From NCBI GenBank assembly GCA_040954595.2, contig CM082580.2:4516783-4580782 (forward strand): a DNA stretch of 64,000 nt, in the 5' to 3' direction. The notes beneath the pieces are model-generated. The model was not told where the DNA came from. It saw only the letters and a list, made by a program, of their open reading frames with translations, and searched no databases. This document shows, one piece after another, positions 1 through 13,900 of the stretch (the first letter of the stretch is position 1; every line of letters begins with the position of its first letter). Origin of the DNA: Balanoglossus misakiensis. Taxonomy: Eukaryota; Animalia; Hemichordata. A program made the translations under genes and the position numbers.

Positions 1-199
1 GATGCTCATAATTGTCACGTGACCGTCTTAGAATTGCGTCAAGTAAGCCTCGCTCGCTCTTCTTCTTTAAACATTTTTTTCCAAAGTTAACTCCACTATC
101 GCGTTATTTCTTCAATACAAATCACCTCAGTGCAAGATATCGATTTATTGGTTGTCTCACCCTACTCAATGGCTAGTCGAAACGAAGTCTTATTGTTAC

Positions 200-2006
200 C
201 TTTAGGCTTTCCCGTTGTTCCAGATGAGTAGACGGTATAGGCCAGATTGTCCAAGGTCATCTTAGGTGGACCGTCAAATGGGGGATGCTTGCTGTTTTCG
301 GTATGCAGTCTCTCTGGCCAGTTCTCATCCAGGATCACCACACAATTTGTATCTAGAATGGCCACGATTAAAATTTCATGACACACAAAAAGTACTCGTA
401 GCCTACATAACAAAAGTGTTTAAGGGAGCCGGGATTTATTCCCAGGTATAGAACAAATTACAGTCTACCATGAATTTCTGTAAAAACGCAGTGATTTATA
501 GTTAGCTGACGCCACCACAAAACAGAAAAAAGGGATGACGTGTGCGCTGACCAGTGACCAGAAAGCTTTCATTATTCAGCCATTGGATGACTTCTCACCT
601 TTAACGTTCTTTGCCATAACGTCGTTCGTGATAACAGCAATTGGCTGGGAGTCTTCCAGGACTGATGAAAGCAAGGGAGGTGGATAGGCGATATTTATGG
701 GCAGGTATGCACCACCTGTTGATGGAAATTTTGGTGGAGTCATATTAGAATATGAAACATATTTTGTTTCTTTCCATATTTGGAATGTGCGAGTACTTCT
801 AGAGATTGTTTAAACGCTTGCTCTGGGGACCATTTCATTTATAACCACTGTTACCAGCAAATAATGTTCTGCAGAAGTATTTTAATTGGACTCATTCTTA
901 TTAATTTTAAAATAAAAAAATGGAGTTCATATTATAATTCTTTTAAAAAATAAAACCGAGGGTGAGTATACCAATAGCACCAGCACAATTCACTCTATAT
1001 ACTCTATACTGGTATTCACATGCCTGTGGTAACGGAAACAAACAAGTATGCACAGCAAACCATCCAGGCCAAGATGATGAGTGGTGGGTTGTAGGAACAC
1101 TCTCGTTTGCAACGATGGCATAATGTCAACAAAGACGAGATTTTTATTTTCCTTGGGCTGACTATTGCCATGGGTCTAGTCAGGAAACCTAACCTTGATC
1201 AGTACTGGTCAACAAGTGATGTGCTGACAACTCCTTTCTTTCGAAAGTACATGTCAAGAAACCGGTAATAATGTTTTTTTCCTGCATCATGTTTACAAAT
1301 GACAAGGCCTTGATAAGACATGTTGTAAGGAATGCAGTTCTATTTCCTATACAGTACTTATGGTCTTTGTTATGTAATTTTGTTTTACAAAGAAGAGGAG
1401 GAAACAATTTATTTTATAACATATATTTCTTATAACAATATGTTGTCAAATGCTATGGTAATGTAGAAAGAACCCTATGTGTGTTGTAATGATCAAATAA
1501 GGTAAATTTCCAGAATTTTCCACTTTTTAAAGGAATTTTCCCATTTTATGGTTACTGTGGTTACCAGAAATAGAAAATAATAAAGTATTATATGTGTCAT
1601 CAATGAAACTGACTATTTTGAATGCAAAATAACTTTAATGCAGGTATAGTAGAATGCTGCGTTGATGCAAAAACAGATGCTGCAGACTTGACATGTGCGC
1701 AACATTTTAGGGGACCCCATGGAGTAAAATTAGGCCAGCCTGTTCATGTGAGATTACCTCACCTGCTTTCAGGATTGCAACGTGAGCCACCGTGTATTCA
1801 ATGCATTTCCCCATGTAGATGCCAACCATGGAGTCTGGGACCACTCCGAGAATGCGCAGATACGTGGCCAGACAGTCTGTCAGCGCATCCAGTTCACCAA
1901 AAGTGAGCTTTCTGCCATCGTCAGATACGACTGCCACAGCACCAGGTGTTAGTTTGGCCTGGCGAATGAACATCTCGTGGATGAGGCCTTGTGATTCATA
2001 ATCCAT
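200..2006 (-). CDS. NRPS-like protein, N-terminal adenylation domain (ATRR / glycine-betaine-reductase-like); partial, continues beyond the left edge
   Basis: Coding exons 2006-1763, 715-599 and 352-200 are joined in frame by GT-AG introns. Protein: MDYESQGLIHEMFIRQAKLTPGAVAVV...LTFGELD...ILKAGGAYLPINIAYPPPLLSSVLEDSQPIAVIT...LDNLAYTVYSSGTTGKPKG, which carries the A1, A2 and A3 adenylation motifs. Confidence 0.9.
1026..1266 (+). mobile_element. piggyBac (PGBD4-like) transposase relic in an intron
   Basis: Translates VVTETNKYAQQ...*...WHNVNKDEIFIFLGLTIAMGLVRKPNLDQYWSTSDVLTTPFFRKYMSRNR, a typical piggyBac DDE_Tnp_1_7 segment, with one in-frame stop. Confidence 0.8.
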
Positions 2007-2343
2007 GGTAGATATCTGTACCGGTAGATTAAAATGGCATAAATTTTCCACTGGTAATAAATATCATCTATTATACATCTGGCACCGAGAACAATAGAAT
2101 TTAGCGTGCACTAAAAAAGCCATACGGAACGGGACATACGGAAAGCTTGTTAAATACGTCTTAAGTTTCAAGGCGCCCTGCAGACGGTTTCAAGACACCC
2201 CCACTCCAACGCACGTAAACAAAAAAGAAAGATGGCTGTTCACTGAGTCAACTGAGCAGTTTACGATCGATTGTATCAGCATTTGGGGCTTTTTGAAAGC
2301 CAAATTCAACACAAGAACTAACGGAGATGTAAGATGTATAATA

Positions 2344-2802
2344 ATAAGGTTATTACAAAAATACCGCAAAGTATGCACTCGGACATTAGCGACGCTAATC
2401 ACAGTCTTGCTGATTCTGTAAACATCTCAAGTGGTTTTACCAGATTTTGGTAAGTAGCGGAGAACAGTCGAACCTCTTATGTCTGTCAATCAAATTAGCG
2501 TCGAGTCCACCTGATGTTCTATAAGCGTACATACCACGTTATATCGCGATCTTGTGTGTGCTTCTAGATGTTCTATAAGTAGGTTACCCCCACCCCTCGC
2601 CTTCCTCATGATATTCATATCAAATATATGTGTACAGTCGCTTTGCCTTGCGGCATGTCGTACGCAGTATGAAAGTTCCACTCTTATCGACGGGCACAGC
2701 AACCGCCATATAGTCTACGCATCGCCCTCTGCTACGGGTCGGGCGATACCAGGCGCTAATGTCCTTGTGCATACTTAGTGGTATTTTCGTAATAACCTCA
2801 TA
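2344..2802. mobile_element. MITE-like element with ~55-bp terminal inverted repeats
   Basis: AGGTTATTACAAAAATACCGCAAAGTATGCAC...GGACATTAGCG at ~2347 has an inverted copy ending at ~2802. The same end sequence recurs at ~14565-14640. Confidence 0.7.
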
Positions 2803-3860
2803 ATAGTCTACTGTTAGAGACAAATACTGCAAGCCTCTTTCTAGTATTTTAATATGCTGGCAAATATTTTCAGTCTTGACAGTGATTTTGGAATTTTAAC
2901 TTTACTGGTAATATCTAACCATACTTTTTAAACTGATAAAAATAAATATTGTAATACTCTACATTAATGTTTACATCTACCGGTAGAACAGACTAAAATA
3001 GTTAAGAAAGGCAAAGTTTAATGAGTACAGACCAACGAAGCCTGTGAGTACAAATTTAATGTACTGTTGAGAGGATGAAAATTGAATGAGTTGCGACAAA
3101 ACTAAGGTCAATGAATCTATAGCCACCTAAAAATAGAAAGCATCAGTCAAACAATACCAGTATAAAGGTAAGCCCGCACCAGAATGCAGAAGGACTCTGT
3201 GTGCCCCTTTTGTATATGCTTTGTACAGTTCGTACTGAAACAGAAACTCACACATCATCATAAACACTGTGCCATTCACTTTGAATGAAATGCATTAGTT
3301 TGACTGATTGAGTTATTACTAATTTGCGTCTATCCGAGAGTGTGATACACATTTTACCAGAGCTTGTGGTGTGACCTTTTGTTTATAGTGGGGGTCATTT
3401 CATTTTTCTATTTGAAGCCAAAATTCAAGAAATTCATACTGCTACATGTTCAAGGGAAAAAAAAACAATGGGATATGCTAATATTTCAAGTATAGTTTGT
3501 GTGGCTCAATTGTCTGTGAAGATTGCAAAGTTTCTTTATTTAGATACAATTCTGGTTATTTTTGTTTCCTGCTGGACAACTGTTCCCTGTAAACATTGCA
3601 AAATGTCTATCCTTAGATACAATTCTGGTTATTTTTTGCGCAAGTTAAGCTCACTTTTTTACATGAAATATAGGAGAATACCCCAGTGGTGTGTTGCATT
3701 ATCTGCTGGTAGTATGATGCACTTACGGAGTATGATTGGACTAAACATGGTACTGGAATTACCTGAATTTCTTGCATGGAAACCTAACCAAAATGATGTC
3801 ATTCATTAAGTCCCAAACCCTGCCAATGTATTTTATTCACCAGAGATAGAACAGTCAACA

Positions 3861-4059
3861 TACTGTAAAATGGGGTATTTTCTCGAGTAATAAATTTTCG
3901 CGAAATATGCAAAAGCCAAAAACACATGAAAATAAAAAGTTGCATAAAATGTTTTTTTCAGAGATAATGATGCAGTAAATAAAATCAGAGAATGCGAAAA
4001 TTAATCCATGAGTAACAGTTGCATTTTTTGATATTGCGAAAATACCCCGTTTTACAGTA
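3861..4059. mobile_element. TA-flanked MITE
   Basis: Terminal inverted repeats TACTGTAAAATGGGGTATTTTC ... GAAAATACCCCGTTTTACAGTA. Confidence 0.75.
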
Positions 4060-5018
4060 TTCCACTGTCCCATTCACCAACTTATACATGTAATTCAACG
4101 TCAAGCAATTTTTAACTTTGCGTTTAGCCGGCTTCAATGATAACTTGCCAGTACCATATGCCTTGGCGCTAACTGTTTCACAGAGTCCTAAATTAAATTA
4201 ACACACACAAATTTTCACAATATGTAGCGAACCCATTGTGTACATTTTCCCCTTGAAAAGACAGTCTGTTGAACATAAGGCTCATAACTTACCCTCCTTT
4301 AGGTATCTTGCCACAGAAAACACGATGTTGAGCTGCTCAAGGTTTCATTAATTATGTGCTATCTATGACACGCCTCACGAGTAAAATATTGGCGGGTCTA
4401 TTTGCATGACATTACCAAACAACAGAGAGACACAATAGTAATTATATTATACCATTCTACCATTCTGATTGGACGAGAGCTAAATCCAGCGATGGTAAAA
4501 TACTGTTTTACCACTGCTGGCAGCGGTAAAACGGGCCCAGCTGAACTAGCATGAAAGTGTGATGTTAAACCACAGTCGCATGGGGTTAAACCAAATAACT
4601 AAAATAAAAACACTGTTGAATTTACGGACGATTTATTTTGGAACTGCTTTGTGGGAATATTTGTAACTTTGCCATGCGTGATGCCCGTCTTGTCACTTTT
4701 TGTCGTCTGCTTCATGTTTAATGCTCGATCCCGGGCGCCCTTGTTTATATTCACAGTCACCATGTTGGTTCGCGTTCGTAACTGCTTTTTTACGACGTTT
4801 TTTTAAGGAAATGATACTGAGCTGTGGCTTTAATCAATTCTAAAATTATAATGTCAATTAGGGTATATTCAATTTATACATGTATCTGCACATCAGCGTT
4901 AAAATTAGGACTTGCATATGCCTAGGAATATCGTGATGCCAATATAGACATACATATAAAATATAAAAATAATGTCCCTTTGTTTATAAGCATTTGCAGT
5001 GAACACATGATAGACACC

Positions 5019-5930
5019 ATGTCACAAGGATATTCAGTCTTCTCCTTTAGTGATTGCTATTTCCTGAACTGTATCAGTGACAGAGCAACCATTGCAGCCA
5101 ATCCACTGGATGCGTGCATGGGATGTCAGACCCGATGATGTCGTCATTGTAACATTTCCCAAGTCCGGCACGTACTGGATGTTGAAGGCAATCAGTGTCC
5201 TATACGCAGATTTGAATTTTCTGGCGCCGGAAACCAGGAAAGCGATCACCCTTGATGCACTGTACACCATTCCAGACAAATTGCCCACTCCATATGCTGG
5301 ATTCGTGGAGGCAGCCAAGATGTCGCTTCGTCAGATGGCATCACCAAGGTTACTATACTGTAATCTGCCGCCTCAGTTTTTTCCAACATCATGGAAAAGA
5401 GGCGATAGAAAATGTTAGGTCATTTACATAACTCGTAATCCGAAGGATGTTTGTGTGTCCCAATATGTGCACACGAAAGCCATTCCTTGGTATGGAATGG
5501 ATTTCAATTGGAATGAATGGGTTGGGGTTTTCATCGAAGGCAGAGTGTGGACGGGACCATGGTTACAGCATGCAGTGGTGGGTTGGAAGAAATACGGTCT
5601 ACAAGACAACGTGTTACACATCACATTTGAAGACATGAAAAAAGATTTAAAGTCTGTGCTGAGCAATATTGCAGAATTCTTGGGCCGTCCCAAGTCAGAG
5701 GAAGAAATTGGGCGAGCGGTGGAATGCTGTACTTTTGAGTAGAGGTGAAGAGTTCTACAGGAAATACGCGATGGCCGGAGGCAGTGAATCCTTTGCAGAA
5801 GGTGCGCGCCATGCTCGCAAGGGGTATATAGTCGGTGACTGGAAGAACCATTTCACTGTCGCACAGAATGAATTGTTTGATCGATAAATCACAGAAAAGG
5901 CCAAGAAAAAATGGACTGAAACTCGTTTAC
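5019..5930 (+). pseudogene. Cytosolic sulfotransferase (SULT1-like) pseudogene, intronless
   Basis: PAPS motifs TFPKSGT, YITRNPKD and RKGxVGDWKNHFT are present. Lesions: frameshift near 5100, TAG at 5416-5418 (KC*VIYITRNPKD), stop plus frameshift at ~5740 and TAA at 5885-5887. Confidence 0.88.
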
Positions 5931-7599
5931 CAAATGTAATTAATTCTAAATATGTTTGTGGCATTTTTCTTTTTTCATTATTGTTGTAATTAATATGTTG
6001 TCAACCCTGGGTTTAAATTTGATTAAAATTAAATAATCCTAGTATTATGTGACGCGTTTCATTCGGCGTCTTGCTTAGTCATGTGAGACACAGTGTTCAG
6101 CGAACGCGTCGCCCCACTCTGTCAGCGCTGCGAGAGCCCCCATTCTCGAGAGTCGAGCGTGATCAGAACGTAACGTTGTTCGATTTTGTTTTCCACTCGA
6201 ACGCTACCTATCTTCACCTTTCCATAATTATTTTCACTTTAAAGCATTGTTGTTACACTAACACAGAAATAAACGCGAGTTTCTTCCAAATCAAAATCTA
6301 ATGATATATAATTCGGAGATCAGTCCGAAAGTTGCCGAAGTAAACAATCGAAATAGCGAATGAATGGAATATTTCTAACGGCGCGCTATACGCCACACAG
6401 CGAACGCTTCTTCGATTGGCCGTTATCTTCTGTCGTCACTCTGGCGCGGACAGTTCTTTATCACTGATTGGTCTAAAGTTGGTTACCACGGACGACGTGG
6501 CCGTTGCTGTGTTGGTCTTGTACATACAACGGCGTTACCATACAGTCTGTCGTTGTCGTCAATCGTAGTGCAGGCTCTGTCACCAGAGATGCCGAAAAAT
6601 CGCTGATTTTATGCGAAAAAAGGTAAGTAAGCCTATGTCAAAATGTTTAAACAGATGGCCAGCATACTCAATAGGCTTAGAACGTTTTGACATCATAGAA
6701 ATTTCATTTCGGGGGTTTGTAAAAAGCGTTTCTTGTCTCCTGAAAATACGGAACGCGGTACGTGGCAGAGCCGACCTCACAACTGCACTTGGTAGTGATT
6801 GCAAATCTATTCTAAGTTCACGTTACGATAGGACTTCGCCGATATGATCTTAGTCTTTCGGTGACATGACAAAGATATACATGTATATTTTTTCCGCCTG
6901 CTAAAATTCTGATCTATATTGTAGGCCTACAGAGCGTGATCATAACGTTTATATGTTCAGGTTTGGCAAGTTAAAATGAATGTCTGAAGAACCCGACACT
7001 ATATATAACATTTACAATATAACTTTACAATCAAATTAAATCGTTGAATATATAAACGCGCGAAAAGAAACTACGTCATCATGTTTTGCATATTACTGCA
7101 TCCTCGTCTTATCACGACTTCATGTCTATGTTTGAATGTTCAAGTATGATGATCTAGCACGAAGCTTTCTAGCGAAGTGGCAGTACCGTGGGTTTTGTTA
7201 TTTTACGTGGCTACCGAATTTCACTGCTTATAGATAAAATGTATTTGTAAAATTATTCTAAATTATGTGGTTTTATATGTTTACTGCTGTTTCCGCGAGG
7301 CATTCTATTCTACATTTTGACTGTTCGGACGGGCGTTCTAGATATATCGTGTTCCACACCCAGGCGTTCACGCGCTGTTCACTGTACACGCGGTATCAAT
7401 GTTCTGCATTCAGACCTGATAGCGCGCCATCCGCACATTTCTAAAAAAATATGGAGTCATCCGAACCTGCGCGGAATCAGTTCTCAGTTTACGTTCGCTC
7501 ATAACAAGTTCAGTAGACCCTAATTTGAGTAAAGCCAAACAAATTTTACGGACGTACGTTGATGATTTAGTCGCATACTGGATTGGACTCACCATTGGC

Positions 7600-7682
7600 T
7601 AGTCTGGTTCCCTGCCCCAATCCCACCGCTTTCCCTTTAGCGTAGCGCAGCCAGCGGTGGGATTGGGGCAGGGAACCAGACT
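7600..7682. mobile_element. 83-bp hairpin mini-element with 10-bp flanking direct repeat
   Basis: Perfect 30-bp inverted repeat at 7601-7630 / 7653-7682. CACCATTGGC occurs at 7590-7599 and 7683-7692. Confidence 0.8.
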
Positions 7683-10084
7683 CACCATTGGCCTCACGAA
7701 TTACGTAATATAACACGAGAAGAGATAGTGCACGTGTCAATCATAGAAAAATGAGACCTAAATTCAGTTTTCTAAGATCTCGTTTGTATGCTAAAAGCTA
7801 TATAGACATGGGATCTGACAACGAGTTTGATAACAATTCTAAAAAACTTTTTACACTTTGTTTTTTTTCAGAACCGAAAAAAAATTGCACTCAAACATAA
7901 CAAAATGTTTTGTGTTCTTTGTCGTTGCTGGTTTTTGTGCCAGCATCACAAAGAACACAAAATGTCTTTGTGGCCAAAGCTAGAAATCTACAAAAATTTA
8001 TGTACGGTAAAATTGTAAGGGCATTTCTGCCAGACACAAACGCACGCACGCACGCACACAAACACAAAAAACCACACCCCAAAACAGAATGTCAAGTCCA
8101 CCTTCACGGGAGAAACGGATTACCCTCTGTTGGTATATATGTAGTTACGATAGAAAAAGACCCATGTGTGGTACTTCAACCGCCAAGGTATGTAACTAAC
8201 AGTTCATTTACGTCGAGGCGATGGCCAGCAGAACTGGTAGGACCTTTTTTATCTAAATGATTTTTCCCAGGGTACTTGTGATCACTTATCATTTTAAGGT
8301 AGACTGATATTAAGGTATGCCGCACTTCACAACTTACTCTAACACCTTACACGGTTTAGTTGGATATTTTAGATGCTGTGTGTTATTGTTTTTTCCCAGG
8401 CATACAGTAATATGTGCAAATAACGCTCTTATATCTTGGCAAAAGTTTACTCATTGCTCTTATGGTGAATACATTTACTGTTCATAATTGTAAAAAATGT
8501 GTTGATTATAACAATGACTAGCTACAAGTTATAATATCAATAACATCGTTTTATCAATCACTCAAACCAGATAAAAAAAAGTTTTCTCGTTTGCCATGTT
8601 GCTGGATTCAGAACGTGTTGAGTTGGTTTAAGAGAATTAAAGTATAGAATTTGTCACATATGTCCACTAAACCTTTGCCACCAGAAGAATGCATAACTGT
8701 TGTGCATAACCATGATTTAATTTTGTGTCATGTGATCGTCTACCGAATGATCTCTCCCCAAAATGACTTGATTATACTAGTAGTATTGTTTTAGTGCGAC
8801 TTAATTTAAAACACTCGTTTTCTCATCGGACTTCCTCCAAGTCCAAGTTTCAAGTCGAAATTCAGATAAACCAAAGACTAAATGAGTCAATGTTGCAAAC
8901 AGGTTAAAGTAGCCAGAGGTTAGTGAGTATTTCAAGTTTTATAACTACACAAGCTCGCCATATACATTTTGTAGGTTGACATGTAACAGGCAGATAATGC
9001 TGGGTTAGTGGCAGAAGCTTTTTCATGGCAACAAAGTGCAGAGAAACTGTCGGGAAAAGTTGGCAGCAGAGAATGCAAGCAACATAAATAATTCCACCAT
9101 CTACACTGAATGCTAGATATAGATGTGTCACCTGTTTATATCCCTTTCGTTTCAATTGCTATTCTATTTTCTTCCATCTTTTTCTTATCAATTTTTTTAT
9201 TATGTACATAATGCCTGTTCAGTTTCGTTAACTTTAGTTCATGTGATGTTACAGACTAATGTTAATGTCATTAATTATGCTTACTGTATAATCTCTTTAA
9301 ATGTCTTCAGTTTCTTGTTGATATATTCAATACCAAATCTACTGATTAACTTGTAGGCATTTTTAAATTGATGTCATGTAATGAAAAGTGCTATTGTTAT
9401 TTTCTTACCAGTTTTATTTCAAGTGAATACATGAAGGGTACTTAACAGGGCTTGGTATATTGGAACAGACCAGATTGTGTAGCTAAGGCGTGTATTCACT
9501 TTCACAACAATGTAGGTAACAGATGAGTTAGTGAGAGGGTATGGGTAGAGAGTTCAGTCGCAACAATTTGTAGCCTCGAAATAGTCAAAGAGATTTTTCT
9601 GGTAGCAAGGTATAGGCTGGGTTGTAGACACAAGTATGCCAATATTAATTACAAACTTTTAGATATTATTCATTATTAATTGGTAATTAGAAGTTGGAAT
9701 AAAAGTGGTTGTAGTCATAAAAAATGAAGTCTAAGAATTTTATGGAAGCATCGGTGAGTCAGTTCCGAATTCTCTTCGCGAAGCATGAATATCTTTCATA
9801 TAAGTTTTGTGTTTTCTTGCGATACTGAAGATTACAAAAACAGGAGAAGATTACATTTGCCTTTTGTAACTCAATAACTCCGCGTCATATGTCCACTAAA
9901 CCTTAGCCACCATCCACTTTCTATACAGGCACCATTGTCACTACGAAGAAACTGAGTAAAAGTCAACATTTAATTTTTCAGCTTGAAAAAAATGACATCA
10001 GGTACAAAAATTCGCATATGCAAATAAGAACAGAAACTCATTGTTTGTAAGAACGTTACCTTGTAAATGCTTTTACAGGAATGT

Positions 10085-10970
10085 CGTATTACATTAGATA
10101 TTTGTCAGGAGTGGTTTTATTAGACTTAGAATATAAATATTGAAAGCAGCCAAGTAGTTAGTGAAGTCAGTTAGTATGACCTGTCTACATATCTGTACAG
10201 TATCGGTGACTTCATTGGATTCGCGGAGGCCCAACTGGTCAAAAGGATTGTGCTAGAACCACTCGTGGTAAATCATAACACGTTGAGTACATGTACAACA
10301 GTGGATTACATCGGGGACACACTGCACTATAAACAGAGTTGCGTGTGTGCATATGGCCACTGAAAAGACAATTTTCATGAGCATGTATAATATCGAACTT
10401 TGAAATGTAGAACACACATGGAATATACACTGAACGTACCGGGTAGTATAAACAATCATATTACATAAGATTTGTAGTTTGACTTGTAATTTGTCAGGAG
10501 TGGTTTTATTAGACTAAGCATATGAATATTGTTATCAGTCAAGTAGTTAGTGAAATCAGTTAGTATTACCTCTCTAGATATCTGTACAGTACCGGTGACT
10601 TCATTGGATTCCCGAAGGCCCAACTGGTCAAAAGGATTTCGCTAGAACCACTCGTGGTAAATCATAACACGTTGAGTACATGTACAACAGAAGATTACAT
10701 TGCGGACACACTGCTCTGTCCACAGGATCACATGTCTGCGTGGCTACAGAAAAGGCACTTTTCATGTATGTACAAAACCCGACCTTGAAACTTATGACAC
10801 ACGGACAATACATGGAACATAGTATAAACTGTCATTTTACATAAGATTTTAAGTTTCAATTATTATTTGTCAGGAGTGGTTTTATTAGACTTAGAAAATG
10901 GATATTGTAAGCAGACAAGTAGTTAGTGAAGTCAGTTAGTATGACCTGTCTAGATATATGTACAGTACTG
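10085..10970. repeat. Diverged tandem repeat, ~380-390-bp unit, ~2.3 copies
   Basis: ATTTGTCAGGAGTGGTTTTATTAGACT recurs at ~10100, ~10490 and ~10866, each followed by colinear similar sequence. Confidence 0.85.
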
Positions 10971-13900
10971 GGTGATTGAGAAATACATCATGGTAACCCA
11001 ACCAATAGAAAATGCAGAATAATGCATTGAGATTTCATCATGGGTATAGGGTATACATGGTCAGTCACTGAATAAACATGTAAGAAAAAAGGACCTGGTA
11101 TTTCTACCGAACCACTAGGATTGTTAAATCAAATACCAACAATGATGATGAACAGAATGCACACAAAATCGTCTGCGCCTTTGGATCTACTGGAGTAGTG
11201 TAGATTGCAATATCATTGAATCAAAATTCTCTGTAATAAAAACCCACCATGTGAAACGATTGTACTGGCAACAACATGATTATAATTTGTTTTTATTATT
11301 TTACATGTTCATCCTTTTCACGGAATGCTTTGTTCCTTACACTATTATTTTTTTAACTTTTAATTAAATATGTTACTGTCCTTGGCATCTGTTTTTCATT
11401 GACATGAATGGATTTTCACTGAATACTCTTTTACCTTTCATTAACAGCTTCACATTCATATCCTTCTTTTCCACTGTTATAGTTTCACTTTTACTAACAT
11501 GCTCCATTTCATCAGTGTTACAATTTCACTTTTTCTAATCCTGTTCAGTGACAGTTTCTTTTTTTCACTCAATACTTTGTTCCTTACCACTATCGTATTT
11601 TAACTTTTATTTAAATACGCTACTTTCATTGGCACTCCTCACTTAATTTCATGTCCCTTTTAATCAGCATAGTTTCAAGTTTAAGTAAATTTGCTCTAAT
11701 TTCCTTCTCATTGACATGGTTTATCACCCTATGTTTTTCTTTTCATGTTATACCGGTAATTAAAACTTAATACACTAATAATCTCAACTGACATATATTT
11801 TTTATTTAATACTTTGTTTCTTTCCACTAATAGTTTCACTTTCCCTGGTTACTTTTTTACTTTTCATCATTTTAACCAAATGCTCTTTTTCTTTTATTGC
11901 CACAATTTCACTGAATGTTACTCTTCTTTCAGTAGATATTCAAGTAACGAATGCGCTATTCTCCTTCATTGTCACATGTCCCTGGTTCTTGCGTTTGTTT
12001 TTGTTGGCATTGAATGTTTATATGTGGGGGAAACCTGTTGTTTCGCATTAACATATTTATCATGTTAATCAATTTGCTATTATATAATGATGATAAAGCC
12101 TTTACACATTCATAAAAAGATAGGCACATTAAAAATTGTGAAGTTTACTTTTCCCTAGCCATTTTCCCTTCACAAAGATCTTCAGGTAGTATGTACACAT
12201 CACATTTCACAAGTGAAAAATAATAGAATATTAGCATACTTATTTTCTCTACTTTATTTAGCTATTAATGTATGACTTTAAGGTCCTCTAAGAGTATAAC
12301 AGATAATGTTGGACATAAGTTCACTGGGATCAGTCAAGGTAAAAGGTAAATTCACATTTCCTTTTAGTAATATTAACTAGTAATTTACATGAATGGAAGC
12401 TATGATAAAATAACTTTTTTGTGATTGAAACATCATGAATACTGTGTTTTTGCTACATTTACTGTATGCAGCTTTAAAACATTCAGATGTACATGTAGTA
12501 GGTAAGTCACATGAACATTCTATGCCAAGGTCATATATCACATATATAATGTTATTAACATCCACACATACATTTCAGATTCATAAAGATATTCAATGAG
12601 AACTATGATTATTTCTTAAATTCTTTGAACTGTTCAAAGTAATACGTTATAAAATTAACATGTGATATACTTTTAATTGTGATAAAGATCATTGTCCGTG
12701 TATATGTTAGCCAATTCTCTTCAGTCATTCCACTAAGAGTGAGCACATCTTGTTTTTTTCTTTTGCGAGACATAATGAAGTTTGAATGTTGTGTTGTGTC
12801 ATGCCCATCTGTCTTGCCATAATTCTTCATATATTATTCTCTTGTGATTGCTTTCTTTTCAGTACTTCCTGATTACCTGCGGTGTGGCTTCATGTGGATA
12901 TACCGGTACACTAAATTCAAGTTCAAAATCCCTCTAAAATGTGACATAAGGAAGGGGTGAGAAAACACCCTTTGAGCTGGTCAGAGCATTGGTAAAATCC
13001 TACCTCCCTGCCTTCACTCACTTTGGCACAAAGGAAGGGTTGGGTAGCCCGCTCGCAGCAACAGAGATGAAACTTCTGATGTGACAGATGTTATTTCGAT
13101 TGCTTCATTTTATTTGGCATACTTGACATATATCCATTTCAAATATTTAGGCTTAATAGCTGTCACTGTTAAACAAATGTTGGCTAGAAATAAACACGTT
13201 TGCATGGAATTCTTTGTGTGTTGTCATATCTTTATCGGCATCATAGCCATCGCTTCCCCCCCCCCCTAAAAAAAAAAAAATTCTGGAATTTTCTGTCGGC
13301 CCTGAGCTATAGATGTTGTATGCCAGCAGTATAACATAAAAGACACATCACGGCCAGAAGATAATGCTACGAAAATGGTGGACCAATAGTTACCTGTGCA
13401 ATGCCCTGTCATCCCTCCTGTCTTCCTATTGCCTGACTGATCTATACGTGACCCTGGGATACAGACATACATTGCAGTTAGAGGAAGGTCTCGGCTGGAG
13501 TGAAATGCAGCTGGATTACAACCAAACCATCGTGTATTTGATAGTGTATTAGTGGCAAGGATCAGATTATTGGACGTCAGGTATAACACAGAATCCAGTG
13601 ATGATTTTGGTAGGTGGCATATCTATCCTCCCATTTTCCGCGTACAAGATCCCTTTAATTGTCCAACCTAAATAAATACATGCTCGCAGTAGTGGACTAC
13701 CCAGATGCAATGCATCTACACACAAAATATCAAGGTGATACACGCAGCGGTTTGCAAGTTGTTGATGTGGAAGGATGTACATAATTATATACTGATACAT
13801 GAATCCATACAAACATACCCATAACTTCTATGATCGTGCAACGTTTCCTCCTGGTTGAAAACCTCATCAGACATTGGTCCGTAGTTTAAATTAGCATATG

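Noticed and set aside
13266-13812. Several overlapping 60-107-aa ORFs in a moderately GC-rich patch
   Set aside because: I found no recognisable domain or consistent splice structure.
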